Shown here in pieces: positions 27,092 through 37,610 of a stretch of DNA of 64,000 bases. The translations under genes and the position numbers were made by a program. The notes beneath the pieces were generated by a model that saw only the letters and a list, made by a program, of their open reading frames with translations, did not search any database and had not been told where the DNA came from. The DNA comes from Catajapyx aquilonaris. Lineage: Eukaryota. Positions within the stretch are counted from its first letter, which is position 1. Every line of letters starts with the position of its first letter. The stretch covers positions 1 to 64,000 of the forward strand of contig KZ538034.1 in assembly GCA_000934665.2 (NCBI GenBank), written 5' to 3'.

Positions 27092-28338
27092 TCAACTCTT
27101 GGCTTTCTTCTCCTTGATAGCAATCACATATCTTTGAGCCACTTTCAGGGGCGGAGAATACCCATCCGCGTATGACGGGTCCTCAAACAAAACCTCGTAC
27201 TCGTCACTACCATTTGCAGGCAGGACATTTATCACTGCTTTGTAGAAACAAGTCGTCTGCGGATACAGCGCCATAACTGAAAACAAAATTGTTGTTATTA
27301 GATTCAATGCATGGGCCCATAATTGGACGGTTATGCAATAATGAGTCAACCCATATAAGAACAGTATTGTTGTGAGAATAAGGGCTTTGAATGTCACGCC
27401 TGTGAAATTAATTCAGTGTCCTTTCCGGTCAATTATGACGTAAGTATGCATATTTAACTGAAGTACAATCCTTTGGGCTTCACTTAATTTTGACATTTTT
27501 TGTGGGTTGACACATTATTGCATAACACTGTCCAATTAGAGCCTGTTGTATCAGGTCATGGAAATTGCAGCAATTAGCTCACCCATAGTTCCTTTCTTAA
27601 AAAGTGCTTCGGGCTCTGTCTCCGGATTGGCCCTCATGAGCGGAAGTGGAACTACTCGCCTCCGACTCAGGACGTGCCTGTCTTTCTGCTCCTCATCTAT
27701 GTCGTCTACCTCATACTTGTTGCTGGTGGCATTGAACTGCACCACTTCAGCCAAGATCCAGTTCTCATCCCCTTCTGGCCCCTTCACAAGAGCGGCCACC
27801 ATGTCTCCGACCCGAGCTACATATGAAGGCTCAGCTGGGACAGCCCCACAGAGCGGCGGAGGTGGCTCCTCTCCGTCCTTGCCCCCCACCCACAGAGGGA
27901 GCGTCTGGGCAGAGATCTGCAGCATCTTCATCAGTTGCCCTCGACGTATGGTCTCCTTGTTGCCTGCATGTCGAGCCTGGATGCGACGCTCATTACGAAT
28001 GTTGCGGATCTCGTATATTTTGGACAGAGCGCAACGGATGAGCTCTTCTTCCTGTTCCGAGTCGGCTATGGCTGCTGTGTACAAACTCTTCAGCTTTTGC
28101 TATGGGAGAATATTAACAGCAACATTAAATTACATGTTAATGCGGTAAACGCTATCCCGGCAACCTTGAAATAAGGCGAGACCCTATCCTCCTGCTGCAC
28201 ACGCTCATGCACCTTAGCAATGTTGCTGAGGTTGTGCTCATTGCGGCTACGCTCCTCCTGTATCTGCTGTATAGTGGTGTACAGAGCCCTTAGGCGCTCC
28301 TGCACCTGCGCAGCTGCACCTTCCCCAGTGAACGGCAT
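27092..28338 (-). CDS. SGF29: SAGA-associated factor 29 (coiled coil + tandem Tudor); exons 28338-28165, 28099-27583, 27276-27092
   Basis: Motifs ISAQTLPLWVG, PPPLCGAVPAE, ENWILAEVV, YEVDDIDEE, VMALYPQTTCFYKA, FEDPSYADGYSPPLKVAQRYV; junctions in frame. Confidence 0.96.
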
Positions 28339-28340
28339 TG

Positions 28341-28562
28341 CTAGTGATGATGGCTACCGTCCCCAGTCTCAGGGTGGACAGGCACTGCAAATGGTGGAAG
28401 TCCAGTGGGTGGGATGCAGAGCAATCTGGCAGACAGGGCAGTTCCAGCAGCCAGGACATGCACCCAAGTGATCAGAACCACAGCAGTCAGCACTGTATTG
28501 ACCACCAGTTGGATTGACTTGCGCTGGCTCAGACGTAATTCCAGGCGAAACGGAGCAAACAT
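28341..28562 (-). CDS. Candidate 73-aa upstream ORF with a hydrophobic segment in the SGF29 5' leader
   Basis: The ATG is the first codon after the acceptor ttgcag (upstream donor gtgagt at 29067). The TAG ends 2 nt before the SGF29 ATG. No homology recognised. Confidence 0.35.
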   Translation of the reverse strand: MFAPFRLELRLSQRKSIQLVVNTVLTAVVLITWVHVLAAGTALSARLLCIPPTGLPPFAVPVHPETGDGSHHH

Positions 28563-28729
28563 CTGCAACAGTCATAATTTGAAATGACACATGCTGTACA
28601 CATCATGTGTTATTATTATTATTGTCATTATTACGGTCCATGGAATATGTAAGACCCTACCGTATGTATGCATAAACTATCATAATGGTATTTAGACTTC
28701 TAAAAAAAGTGTGGGTTTTGAGGTAAGCC

Positions 28730-28830
28730 ATCAATGTGCCAAGTTTCAGCAGTCTCCGTAGTCTGAAAGTGTGTTAGGTAGGCAGGACATACAAACATAC
28801 ATACAAACTTCATGCTTTATACACAAGATT
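28730..28830 (-). repeat. Helitron-like terminal fragment; related fragment at ~2540-2635
   Basis: Shared aagtgtgttaggtag..ggaca..acatac...aaactt..ca.g.ttat...agat pattern, resembling the end of the 61359-61660 element. Confidence 0.5.
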
Positions 28831-29069
28831 AATGTATGCAACATATGTCAGTGGGATTTTAAAAAAATTAAAATCAAACCGGTTCAATTTTCCTAATATT
28901 AATCTTGCTTCATTACATTATTAATAACTTCACATGCGCAGACTTGTGATTGAATGAAGTGTCTGCAAGTGTCGCAATCAAGTGAGGCAATTCAGGCATC
29001 ATTCCATGGGCAATTCCACACTCGGTACTTTCACCCACATTATTTACAATTAAATGTACTCACTCACCT

Positions 29070-29564
29070 GTAGCAAAACCAATGAGAAAATTAGTCTTTT
29101 TATTTCTTTTCGAATGTCTCGGAAAAGTTTTCGACCCAGAAGTCGACCAAAATGGCGAACGCAATGGTGCCAACATGTATTGATAAAAAAATACTTGCAA
29201 TAAAATTACATTAAAATGTCAGTAAAATTATGGCGTGAATAAATATGAGGTTCCTAAACAAATGTTAATTCATTGAATATATTAGAGAAGTTGTGTCCCA
29301 TTCGGTCCAATCACAAGAGACGTTCGATTGCAACTGGCACGTTTAAACAGCGCGTTGGCACCACTGATGGCCGTCCATCTTTGGTTGAGTTCAACATGGC
29401 GACTTGAAGAGGCCGAAGAAACAAGTGTTTTGGTCAGTTTTCATCCGTTTTCAGGCCCCGTTGACCCCTCGCCCGGCTGCAGGGTTGCACTTAGGACACG
29501 GCTGGACTACTGCAGTGAGCAGGTAGAACCATTCAAGTGAGCAGAGCCGTGTGGAAGGAGAAGG
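29070..29564. promoter_or_regulatory. Probable bidirectional promoter and 5' leaders of SGF29 (-) and RBM17 (+)
   Basis: Divergent genes: SGF29 leader donor at 29067 and RBM17 ATG at 29565; aaaatggcg (YY1-like) at ~29149. Confidence 0.55.
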
Positions 29565-31468
29565 ATGTCCCTGTACGATGACATTATCGACACGGCGAAG
29601 GAGAAGCCGGACCAGATCGCAGGATGGTCCTCAGGTATCAAGCTGCTTCAGTCGCAGCTGCAGCTCAAGAAAGCGGCCATGACACAGGTTAATTAATTAA
29701 TTAATAAAATATTAATAGTTATATTATGACAAGCAAACCAAGGCATGCTGTGTACGGTTGCAAATTATTAACATTTCTGCAACATTTCAGCCTCGCAGAG
29801 ATCAGGCACGGAAGCAAGCTGCAGTGCTACCCCCAGTGATTGACCTGAAGTCACGCAAGGATGATGACGAGTCCGGGTCCTCGGGCAGCAGCGCTTTTAT
29901 CTTCCCGCAGACGTCAAAAGAAGCAGTGCCTTCTCTTGTTCCGACTGTTGCAGTCATTCCTGCTACCGCCGTGTCCAGTAGTAGCAGCAGCAAGCTAAGC
30001 AGCAACTTCATGGCAGGAGGGGATCCCGACTGGCATTGGGAATTGGAGTATGATCCACTCTGGCCTAATGACTATGAGAAAGCGATAAAGGACCTGAAAG
30101 ATGTGAAGGACAAAGAGAAGGAAAAGGAAGAGGAAGAGAGGAGGAGGAAGTATAAGGAGGAGCGGGACAGGAGAACTAGGGAGAGGTACGAGGAAGATCG
30201 CAGGAAGAATGGGTTTGGCGGGAGGAAGGAGAGCGATGAGGAAGACAACGAGGAGGATCCGGAGAAGGAAGACGACGACGATAGGCCCAAGAGGGCGGGT
30301 ACGATCTTCTCTATTAATATACCAATTCATGTTATGTATTTGCCGGCATATAAGACACACCTGCATTTCAGTAGATCATATTCAGGAAAAAAAGCTGTAA
30401 ACCGCATTGACATGTGAGTGATTTGATCAGCGATTTCAACGCTGAGTGATGAATCTAATTGTTTGGGCTCCAATCAATTGTTACCTTCGCCCCAAACAAT
30501 TGGATTCATCGCTCAGCAATGACATCCCTGATCAAAACGCTCATGTAAATGCGGCTTTAATTGCACTTTCGCATGTAAGACATATGGCGATTTTTGGGGG
30601 GGAAAAGTCTGTCTTACATGCCGTCAAATACATCAAAAGAGTTGATGTTAGCAACATGTTTACCCCCATTTTTTTGCAGGAGGTGGTGCAGCGATTGCTC
30701 CACCAGCATCCCTTCAAGAACCCCCTATGCAAGATAGTCCTAAATCAGCATCACCGTTTGCACCAGAAGTGTCTGGACCTGGACTCTCAGTCGCTGCCAA
30801 AATTATGGCCAAGTATGGCTTCAAGGTTAGTCGTAACGTGTGGGTCACTTGAGCGTACATTCAATCTGTAATTTGCCGTTACCAGGAGGGTCAAGGTCTG
30901 GGGAAGCAGGAGCAAGGGATAGCCACCGCCCTCCAAGTGGAGAAGACCAGCAAGCGAGGAGGGAGAATTATCAGCGAGAAGGATATAATGCCACCTCCGC
31001 CGCCGCCACCTGTCGGTTCGGTTCCGAAACCGGAACCAACCATCACTGAAATGATGAAGAATCCATCTAAAGTCGTGTTGCTCAGGGTCAGTTCTCTGAT
31101 GCTCGTGCATAGTTGCACACTAATTTAAATGCATTACAGAATATGGTGGGTCCCGGAGAGGTAGATGAAGAACTTGAGCCCGAAGTAAAGGATGAGTGCC
31201 AGACCAAGTACGGAGAAGTCAACCGGGTAGTTATCTTTGAGCGGCCGGACACAGTCGCTGAGGAAGCTGTCAGAATATTCGTTGAGTTCAGGAGGATCGA
31301 GTCGGCCATCAAAGGTTAGTTTAAATCGTTTTGTTGAGACTCCATGAATGAAAGTCTCGTTGCATTTCAGCTGTGGTTGACCTAAACGGGCGCTTCTTTG
31401 GAGGAAGGCAAGTCCGAGCTGGATTTTACGAGGTGGAGAGATTTCAAAGACTGGACTTGTTGGATTGA
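29565..31468 (+). CDS. RBM17: Splicing factor 45 (G-patch + UHM/RRM); exons 29565-29687, 29791-30298, 30680-30825, 30886-31086, 31140-31314, 31371-31468
   Basis: MSLYDD...GWSSGIKLLQSQLQLKKA; EYDPLWPNDYEK; G-patch SVAAKIMAKYGFKEGQGLGKQEQG; UHM KVVLLRNMVGPGEVDEELEPEVKDEC...AVVDLNGRFFGGR. Confidence 0.96.
30404..30552. mobile_element. Palindromic MITE family 'gagcgatttgatcagcgat' in RBM17 intron 2
   Basis: Inverted arms; related to 35451-35530 and to 48340-48601 / 50420-50535. Confidence 0.7.
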
Positions 31469-32995
31469 TTAGTTCAAAAATGTGATGTCTGTGTTCTCGA
31501 CACTTACCGCATGCTGAAAAGCATAACTCATTCCCTCTCACTGTGCAGTGCTTTCCAGCTATGGATTTTGGGACATCAGCATGTGCTGCTAAGCCGTGTG
31601 AGTGAAAAAGGAAAACGTGTTGTGCTGCAATAAAAAAGTTTTTTACATACCTCGTCAGTATGAAGTGATAGTTAGCTCCCTACGGATTATGCTATACAAA
31701 TTTCTGGGCACTGAAACAAGAGGGTACGTGAGGCCTCCGTTTGAAAAGTGATACATTTCAGTGTAATCTAATGAATATAATCAGGAAGAAATTTATTTTT
31801 CACCATAATGCTCATACAGAGGGCTATTAGTGGAGAAAATGTGGACTGTGCTGCCTTCAGATTTCAGCACAGGAACTTAATAAATTACAGTGCGATGCAT
31901 TACACAAAAATTTAAACCAAAATAATGAACCACATCATCATGCCAACAGGTACATAGATCTTCCTCTCTCGCATAATAATGGCCATCTTTTTTTTTCAAA
32001 AATAGACAAGCCTATCATTTTCAAAATTAAATATTTGTCCCATCTCATCACTGCAATGACAACAACTGCTTCTCAGCAACAACAGTCTGAAAGCCCTCTC
32101 TTAAGTATGTTCTACAGGTGATCAAAATTTACTGTTTAACGAGTGTTCAATTACTATTTTTACTCCCTTTCAACCAGGACGGCAGGTCCATTCCAAGAAT
32201 ACAGTATTACTCTTACACGGCAAATATTTGCACAGCTTTATGTACATTCCAAATATATCTTAACCTTACTTAAAATTACATTATTGGGCAGTGTTAAACC
32301 AATTTACAAAAATGAGAGACAATGCTTTGGTATACAATTCCACATTTGAAAAAACATAACTTTCTTTCACTTGCAGCAAATTGTGCTGCAAGAGTTCCTT
32401 TTACTGCACATGATTATTATCGGTGGGTAAGACAGCTTCTTCATGATCCATTCCATACTCAAATAACACTAGCAAAATGTAACGAATTTCAGCCAGTCGG
32501 AGTCGGTAACATTAAGGCCTTATACTCGGATGAAACACTTGTGCGTTGCTGCGAGCAATCTTTTGCGTCATTCACATGTGTTTGATTGGAATCGACCGTA
32601 TTAGAGCAGCCGTACTGCTTGGTGGATTCAAATCTAAAGTCACTGACAGTGAGTATCGCAAAAGACCTAACACTATTAAGCAAGTGTGTTTCAACCTTTC
32701 GCAAGGAACAGACCTTAAAAATTTTACAGGTTGCTTTTGGGAAAACGAAGCTCTGTTGTACGTCTGTGTATTCCTTATTATAAGCAGAACTTTCTGTGTT
32801 GCATGCCTAAACCATAGGAGTAAATTACATTCGAAACAAAATGCATGCTCATCGAACATTAAATTTTGATTCATTAGCCTAATCACGGGAGTTTCTACAA
32901 TAGCTGTACAATAATAGTAATACTACAGCTTAGTTAGTTCTATATATTCCTACCACTCACACTAATAGTGTCTGGAGCCTATTTATTAATTACTA

Positions 32996-33166
32996 CAGTT
33001 GAACCTGCCTGAAACGGAGTCATTATTCTCCCCAAAAAATTTATACTGAAAAGGTTTCAGCCAAATGCTACATACACCGATAATTATCCACTTCAATAGA
33101 CCAACCTAAAGTTTCAAAGTGGGGAAGTTTCTGCTTTATCCATCGTTTGTTAGACAGATTTCACTG
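32996..33166. mobile_element. Tc1/pogo-like MITE remnant
   Basis: TA-cagttgaacctgcctgaaacg ... cgtttgttagacagatttcactg imperfect TIRs; a similar end occurs at ~23462. Confidence 0.5.
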
Positions 33167-33665
33167 TGGTAGAAAAAAAACTAACCCATAAGTCTTTTTG
33201 AAAATTTGATATTTTACATTGAAAGACATTATTAATCTGTGTGTAAATATAAATGCCTATGTATCCACTGGACTGATGTCATCTAACTTGATTCACACCT
33301 AATAAATTACAGAATCAGACACACTAGAATATTTGAAAATGGTAGCTGCCGAAAGTACTCATACGTAACTGTCCACACTAGTAATGCGGTATGAAAAAGT
33401 CCCTACTTATATTTTGTAATTAGGGATGACTGATTGTGCTTGACAAGACATTTTAAAAATTTGGCACGCTGATTTCATCTGAACTTTGGTGACTGCTGAT
33501 TACATCAAAGGGGTAGGTACGTAAAATGACATGGCCCGCAAGACTTTCCGTCCAGGCCTTCGTATGAAATTGATTGTTTCAACTACCCACATTCACTTGA
33601 CATGTGACATGATTGTTTGACTATTATTACTTTCCCTAACAATAGTAACGTGGCGCTCTGAGGTT

Positions 33666-33760
33666 CATCCATAAAGTATGTCATGCTGTGCCAGGTGATG
33701 TCTGCGTGACATGGGGCAGAAAGAAGTCAAACTGTGCAGTATGACATACTTTATGGACTG
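33666..33760. mobile_element. Short TIR element
   Basis: tccataaagtatgtcat / atgacatactttatgga inverted ends. Confidence 0.65.
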
Positions 33761-34725
33761 TATAATTTCATTACAATTTCTCCCAAACTACTAGTACATC
33801 TCGACTGAATTTAATTTCATTTGCACACGATGTTATCGATTGAAGACTGGCCTAATTGGGTTTATCAGTTAGTATTGCTTTTATTCCCATCTAGAAAGAC
33901 ATGGTAACATGCCTCAACCTGAACCAATGAAGTATTCACATATTATAGTGTGCAATTAATACAGCTCCCCATCTGAACCCTCCACCCAGTTCATGGCCTA
34001 GCTTGCCCTTCTCCTTAAATGTAGCGAGACTAATAGTCTTCCGAGAAATAGTATTGTGCATATGAAAATCACCTGCCATCACCTTAGCCAAATCGAAGCC
34101 AGTGGCTACAGCTGCAAATTCCAGGATTCGTCTTGTGTCATCAACACAGGCGACCGTCCCTGCTATAAAGTAGGTGTCTCCCCAAATGTACAGTAGATGT
34201 GTATTCACTAGAATGAAACCCCCCTAGTACTCTACTTGTACTTTTAATATGTACTAAATTATCAAGGGAGACTTGATGTGAATCAACACTAATTTTGGAG
34301 CCACTGATAGCGTATCTCCAGATCTTATTGAAATATTGGAACAAGTACTGCAGAATTACTGCTAGTTTCTCTATTGCTCAGTTAGAACCTTAGAACAACA
34401 ATTCTTTATTCTGTTCTAACACTCAAACTGTAATAAAATGGAAGAGTTCATCATTAATTAATTAGTAATAATACAGTAGTAGCAATATGATTGATACCTG
34501 CTCGTACTAGTCTTTCAACTCCTACGCATCACGATCATAAGTTCACTGGTCGCTAGAAAGCAGCTGATATCTGTAAAATACACTTCTAACCAACTACTGT
34601 TACACTTCTTGTCTCTTCAGTGCTAACATGGAACAGGACTAAGGGCAAGCTTGGTCATTGCTCACAGTCTGTCGAAGGGGATCCCTTTTTTGTACTCGTC
34701 AGTAAATGCAACATAAACAGCCCTA

Positions 34726-35906
34726 TCAGTCTTTCATCCTAATGAATTCTTCCCTGAGAGGACTGGGAAGATCATAGTATACGTCCTCTAAGGGAAAGGC
34801 AGCCCTGATAAGACGCAGCTCATCCAAGCCCACCTTGTCCCCTTCTGAACTAAACACGAGCAGGGTCGTGCCTGGGAGGGCCCTCAGGAGGTCCCTTAAC
34901 TCTGGAAGTGACTCTGCCGCCATGCAGGCTCTTACCGGGAACATTACCGGCTGGTCTCCTCCACCCTCGTCATCCCCACTCCGGAAGCCCCCAACTACCT
35001 CCACCATCTGGGATACCATCGCTTGCGTGTACTTGGGCGTACCCTCTTTACCCACGCAAGAAGTGGTCCAGCCCAGGGACAGTATAGTCCACGGGAAACT
35101 CTGGCTGCACAGCCTCAGAAAAGTAGTTGCATCGACAGGCAGTTGATTGCCACGAACGCCTTCAAGTATGTCCGCATTCAGCAAAATGGGGACGGTGATC
35201 TGCGCCTCAAATATGTGAAGTACGCTCAGAGCAGGCTGGAGCACCTCAGTTGATTTAAAGTCCAGCTTGATGCCCTTATCGTACTGGAGAGCCTGTGCCA
35301 GGAAGTCATGAAGCGGAAGATCGCTCTCAGTTTCAGGTGGGTGGGCCATAATGGGCTGACGTGCCGTGCTTCTCGGTTTGCTCAAGCTCACATCCCCTTC
35401 CAGTACCATCACATCAGGAGCTGTAGAAAACAACAGTCTGTGACCCAAAGCATATGTGAGCGATTTGATCAGCGATGTACATTGCTGAGCGAATTGGTCT
35501 CATCACTGCACATCGCTCACCTGTAAACGCAGATTAAATCAATTTCTTAACTGAAACGTGCGAAGAGTATGTACATTTGAGAGCAGCGATTAGCCTCTCC
35601 CTGTTGTTGACGGCATGAGCCCACAGAACCTTCCTCCCATCATTTTCAGCAGACGGGAAGAAATCCAGCAGCGACTTGCTCTCCATCACGCTTTTTGACG
35701 GCCCCAACCGCTGGTACCGCTCGTAATCTCCATCCAGAGCCAGGTCCTCCGTAGCCGCATCAACTAGCAAAAAGTGAACTCGCATAATGTGTGTTCCCAA
35801 AATAAATCATGACATATGGAGAGGAGGAGTACTCACTGTACCAGAAGACAACGAGGGCAGTGACCACGATGACGCAGAGCAAGGTTAGGATGAGCTTCTC
35901 GTCCAT
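34726..35906 (-). CDS. FAM151: FAM151/menorin-like (DUF2181) protein with N-terminal TM anchor; exons 35906-35837, 35763-35575, 35420-34726
   Basis: MDEKLILTLLCVIVVTALVVFWY TM segment; family motifs WAHAVN, LEGDV, PIMAHPP, KGIKLDFKS, LNADIL, LSLGWTT, FPVRA, YYDLP; in-frame stop upstream of the ATG. Confidence 0.9.
35451..35530. mobile_element. Palindromic MITE family copy in FAM151 intron 2
   Basis: gtgagcgatttgatcagcgatg...catcgctcac; same family as 30404-30552. Confidence 0.65.
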
Positions 35907-36721
35907 GGCCCTGCGTCTGCCCCCGGCCCTTCCAGCCCTGCCTAGTCACAGGACCATCCGACCTATCGAAGCCGGTCCAGACATTTCCAGAGAGAAATGA
36001 TTCCAGCAGGGCTCCAGCAGGTGATGGATCAGCTCCAGGGTTGGATGCTGCAGCCCTCTATGTTCAGGCCAGGCGGGTTCAAGCTGGGGGCAAATTAAAC
36101 CGGAATTAATCAAATCATTGCTATTTGGATGTTAATTACAATTTGTGTTCATTAATTGTGTGGTTTTTAATTAGCAATCGGAATGTTCGGCATAATGGCG
36201 GGCATGAAATCGCTGCTATGAATCGCAGCTCTTTGTGCCAAACCATCAGGAGCCAAATTGGCTGGACGTGACTCTGTCCCTACACCGCCTATATGCGCAC
36301 CCACATTCACGCAGTTGTCCTGCCAACAACGGTTAATAAGGAGGATTGTGTTTCTCCCGTGACCTCGAGAACTTTGCCGGCGGTTGTTATTCGCGTCTAT
36401 ATATACTCGTCCAGGTAGCACGCGAATATCCAGGAAATATCCCAGAGACGCCCATGTGGATAGAGCGGGGATATCCTGTGGATATATATCACATACATCC
36501 ACAATGCTCATCTGGAACGAATTGCCTTAGCAACGTCGCAAATAAATGCTACTGTAGCCATATCAAGAGCTGGCCATATCTTGGCCATATCAATAAGAGG
36601 CCATATTAATTGTTTCTCCCTCAAGCAGTCATAAACGTAGCGTTGGAAATATGATTGCACCAGTACACCCACGAACTACTGAAAAGCAGCTCGCACCATG
36701 CAGCTATTAATACCGCTATTA

Positions 36722-36787
36722 AACCGAGTGCGCACCACAGTTCGCGCAGCTAAATGCAGCTGCGCGAACTGTGGTGCGCACTCGGTT
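36722..36787. repeat. Perfect 30-bp-stem hairpin
   Basis: aaccgagtgcgcaccacagttcgcgcagct-aaatgc-agctgcgcgaactgtggtgcgcactcggtt. Confidence 0.95.
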
Positions 36788-36891
36788 GCACTAGTTTTTT
36801 ACAGAAATCATCTGATATAGTGCCCCATCGTACTATACGTCCACGTAGGGGCCGGGCAGTGTTGCCAAATTTTGGTAACAGGTTCACTACT

Positions 36892-37064
36892 GTTTTGGGA
36901 GGTGGCTTATGTGGCAACCATAATTAGCCCCGCCCCCTGCTGAAAGTTTTTTGTATGGAATTTAGAACGATTGGTACCAATGGTTCTAAATTCCATACAA
37001 AATACTCAGCAGGGGGCGGGGCTTATTATGGTTGCCAAGGACATCACAAGCCACCTCCCAAAAC
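36892..37064. repeat. ~170-bp near-perfect palindrome centred on ggtacc (36973-36978)
   Basis: gttttgggaggtggctt...gccccgccccctgctga...tttgtatggaatttagaac / gttctaaattccatacaaa...tcagcagggggcggggc...aagccacctcccaaaac. Confidence 0.92.
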
Positions 37065-37610
37065 CCAATAAGTTAGCTTGCCCCTGTAGCTTATAGTAAC
37101 AGCTCTTTGGTAACAACTCCCAGCTTAGTAGCTAATCGCGGTTGCTGTTTCCAACTCGCGTTTGATCTCTATCGCTTTCAGTGCCTTTATCCAAGAGGAG
37201 GGCAGAAACAGCGTCGCGTCCGGCCATATTGGGTGATTTTGCGTCCATGTGGCGAAAGAGATGTAATGGCGATGGTCGCGTTTCCAGTTTCCTCTCTGCT
37301 TCTGCCCACCGCTGCCAGTCGCCGGTTCTCCTGGGACAGGATCTACACACGTTGGACCGACTGCGGCCGGAAGAGACAGGGTGTGCAGCGCTGATTTAGG
37401 TGAGGACAAGGTGTTGTGTAATGTCTGTTCATAATAAGTGGGGCTGGCTGGGTGGTGGCCATGACTTGTTGCGACTTGTTCTAGGGAGATCTGGAGTTTT
37501 CGTCTTTTCAAAAAAGATTGACACTTACTAGATGTGGCCAAGCAGCACTAATATATGCATGGCATAGTTACGCTCCTTTTTGTTACCTTCCAGTAATCCA
37601 AAAAAAAAAA

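Noticed and set aside
28369..28590. Cys-rich frame (CCGSDHLGACPGCWNCPVC) in the SGF29 leader
   Set aside because: Its start codon lies in the presumed intron and no upstream ATG was found in the leader exon.
32322..32886. Cluster of overlapping 65-107 aa ORFs
   Set aside because: AT-rich, with no motifs or consistent exon structure; probably 3' UTR or intergenic.
37125..37541. 138-aa minus-strand ORF upstream of RRN3
   Set aside because: No recognisable homology; a GC-rich promoter/leader region where open frames arise by chance.
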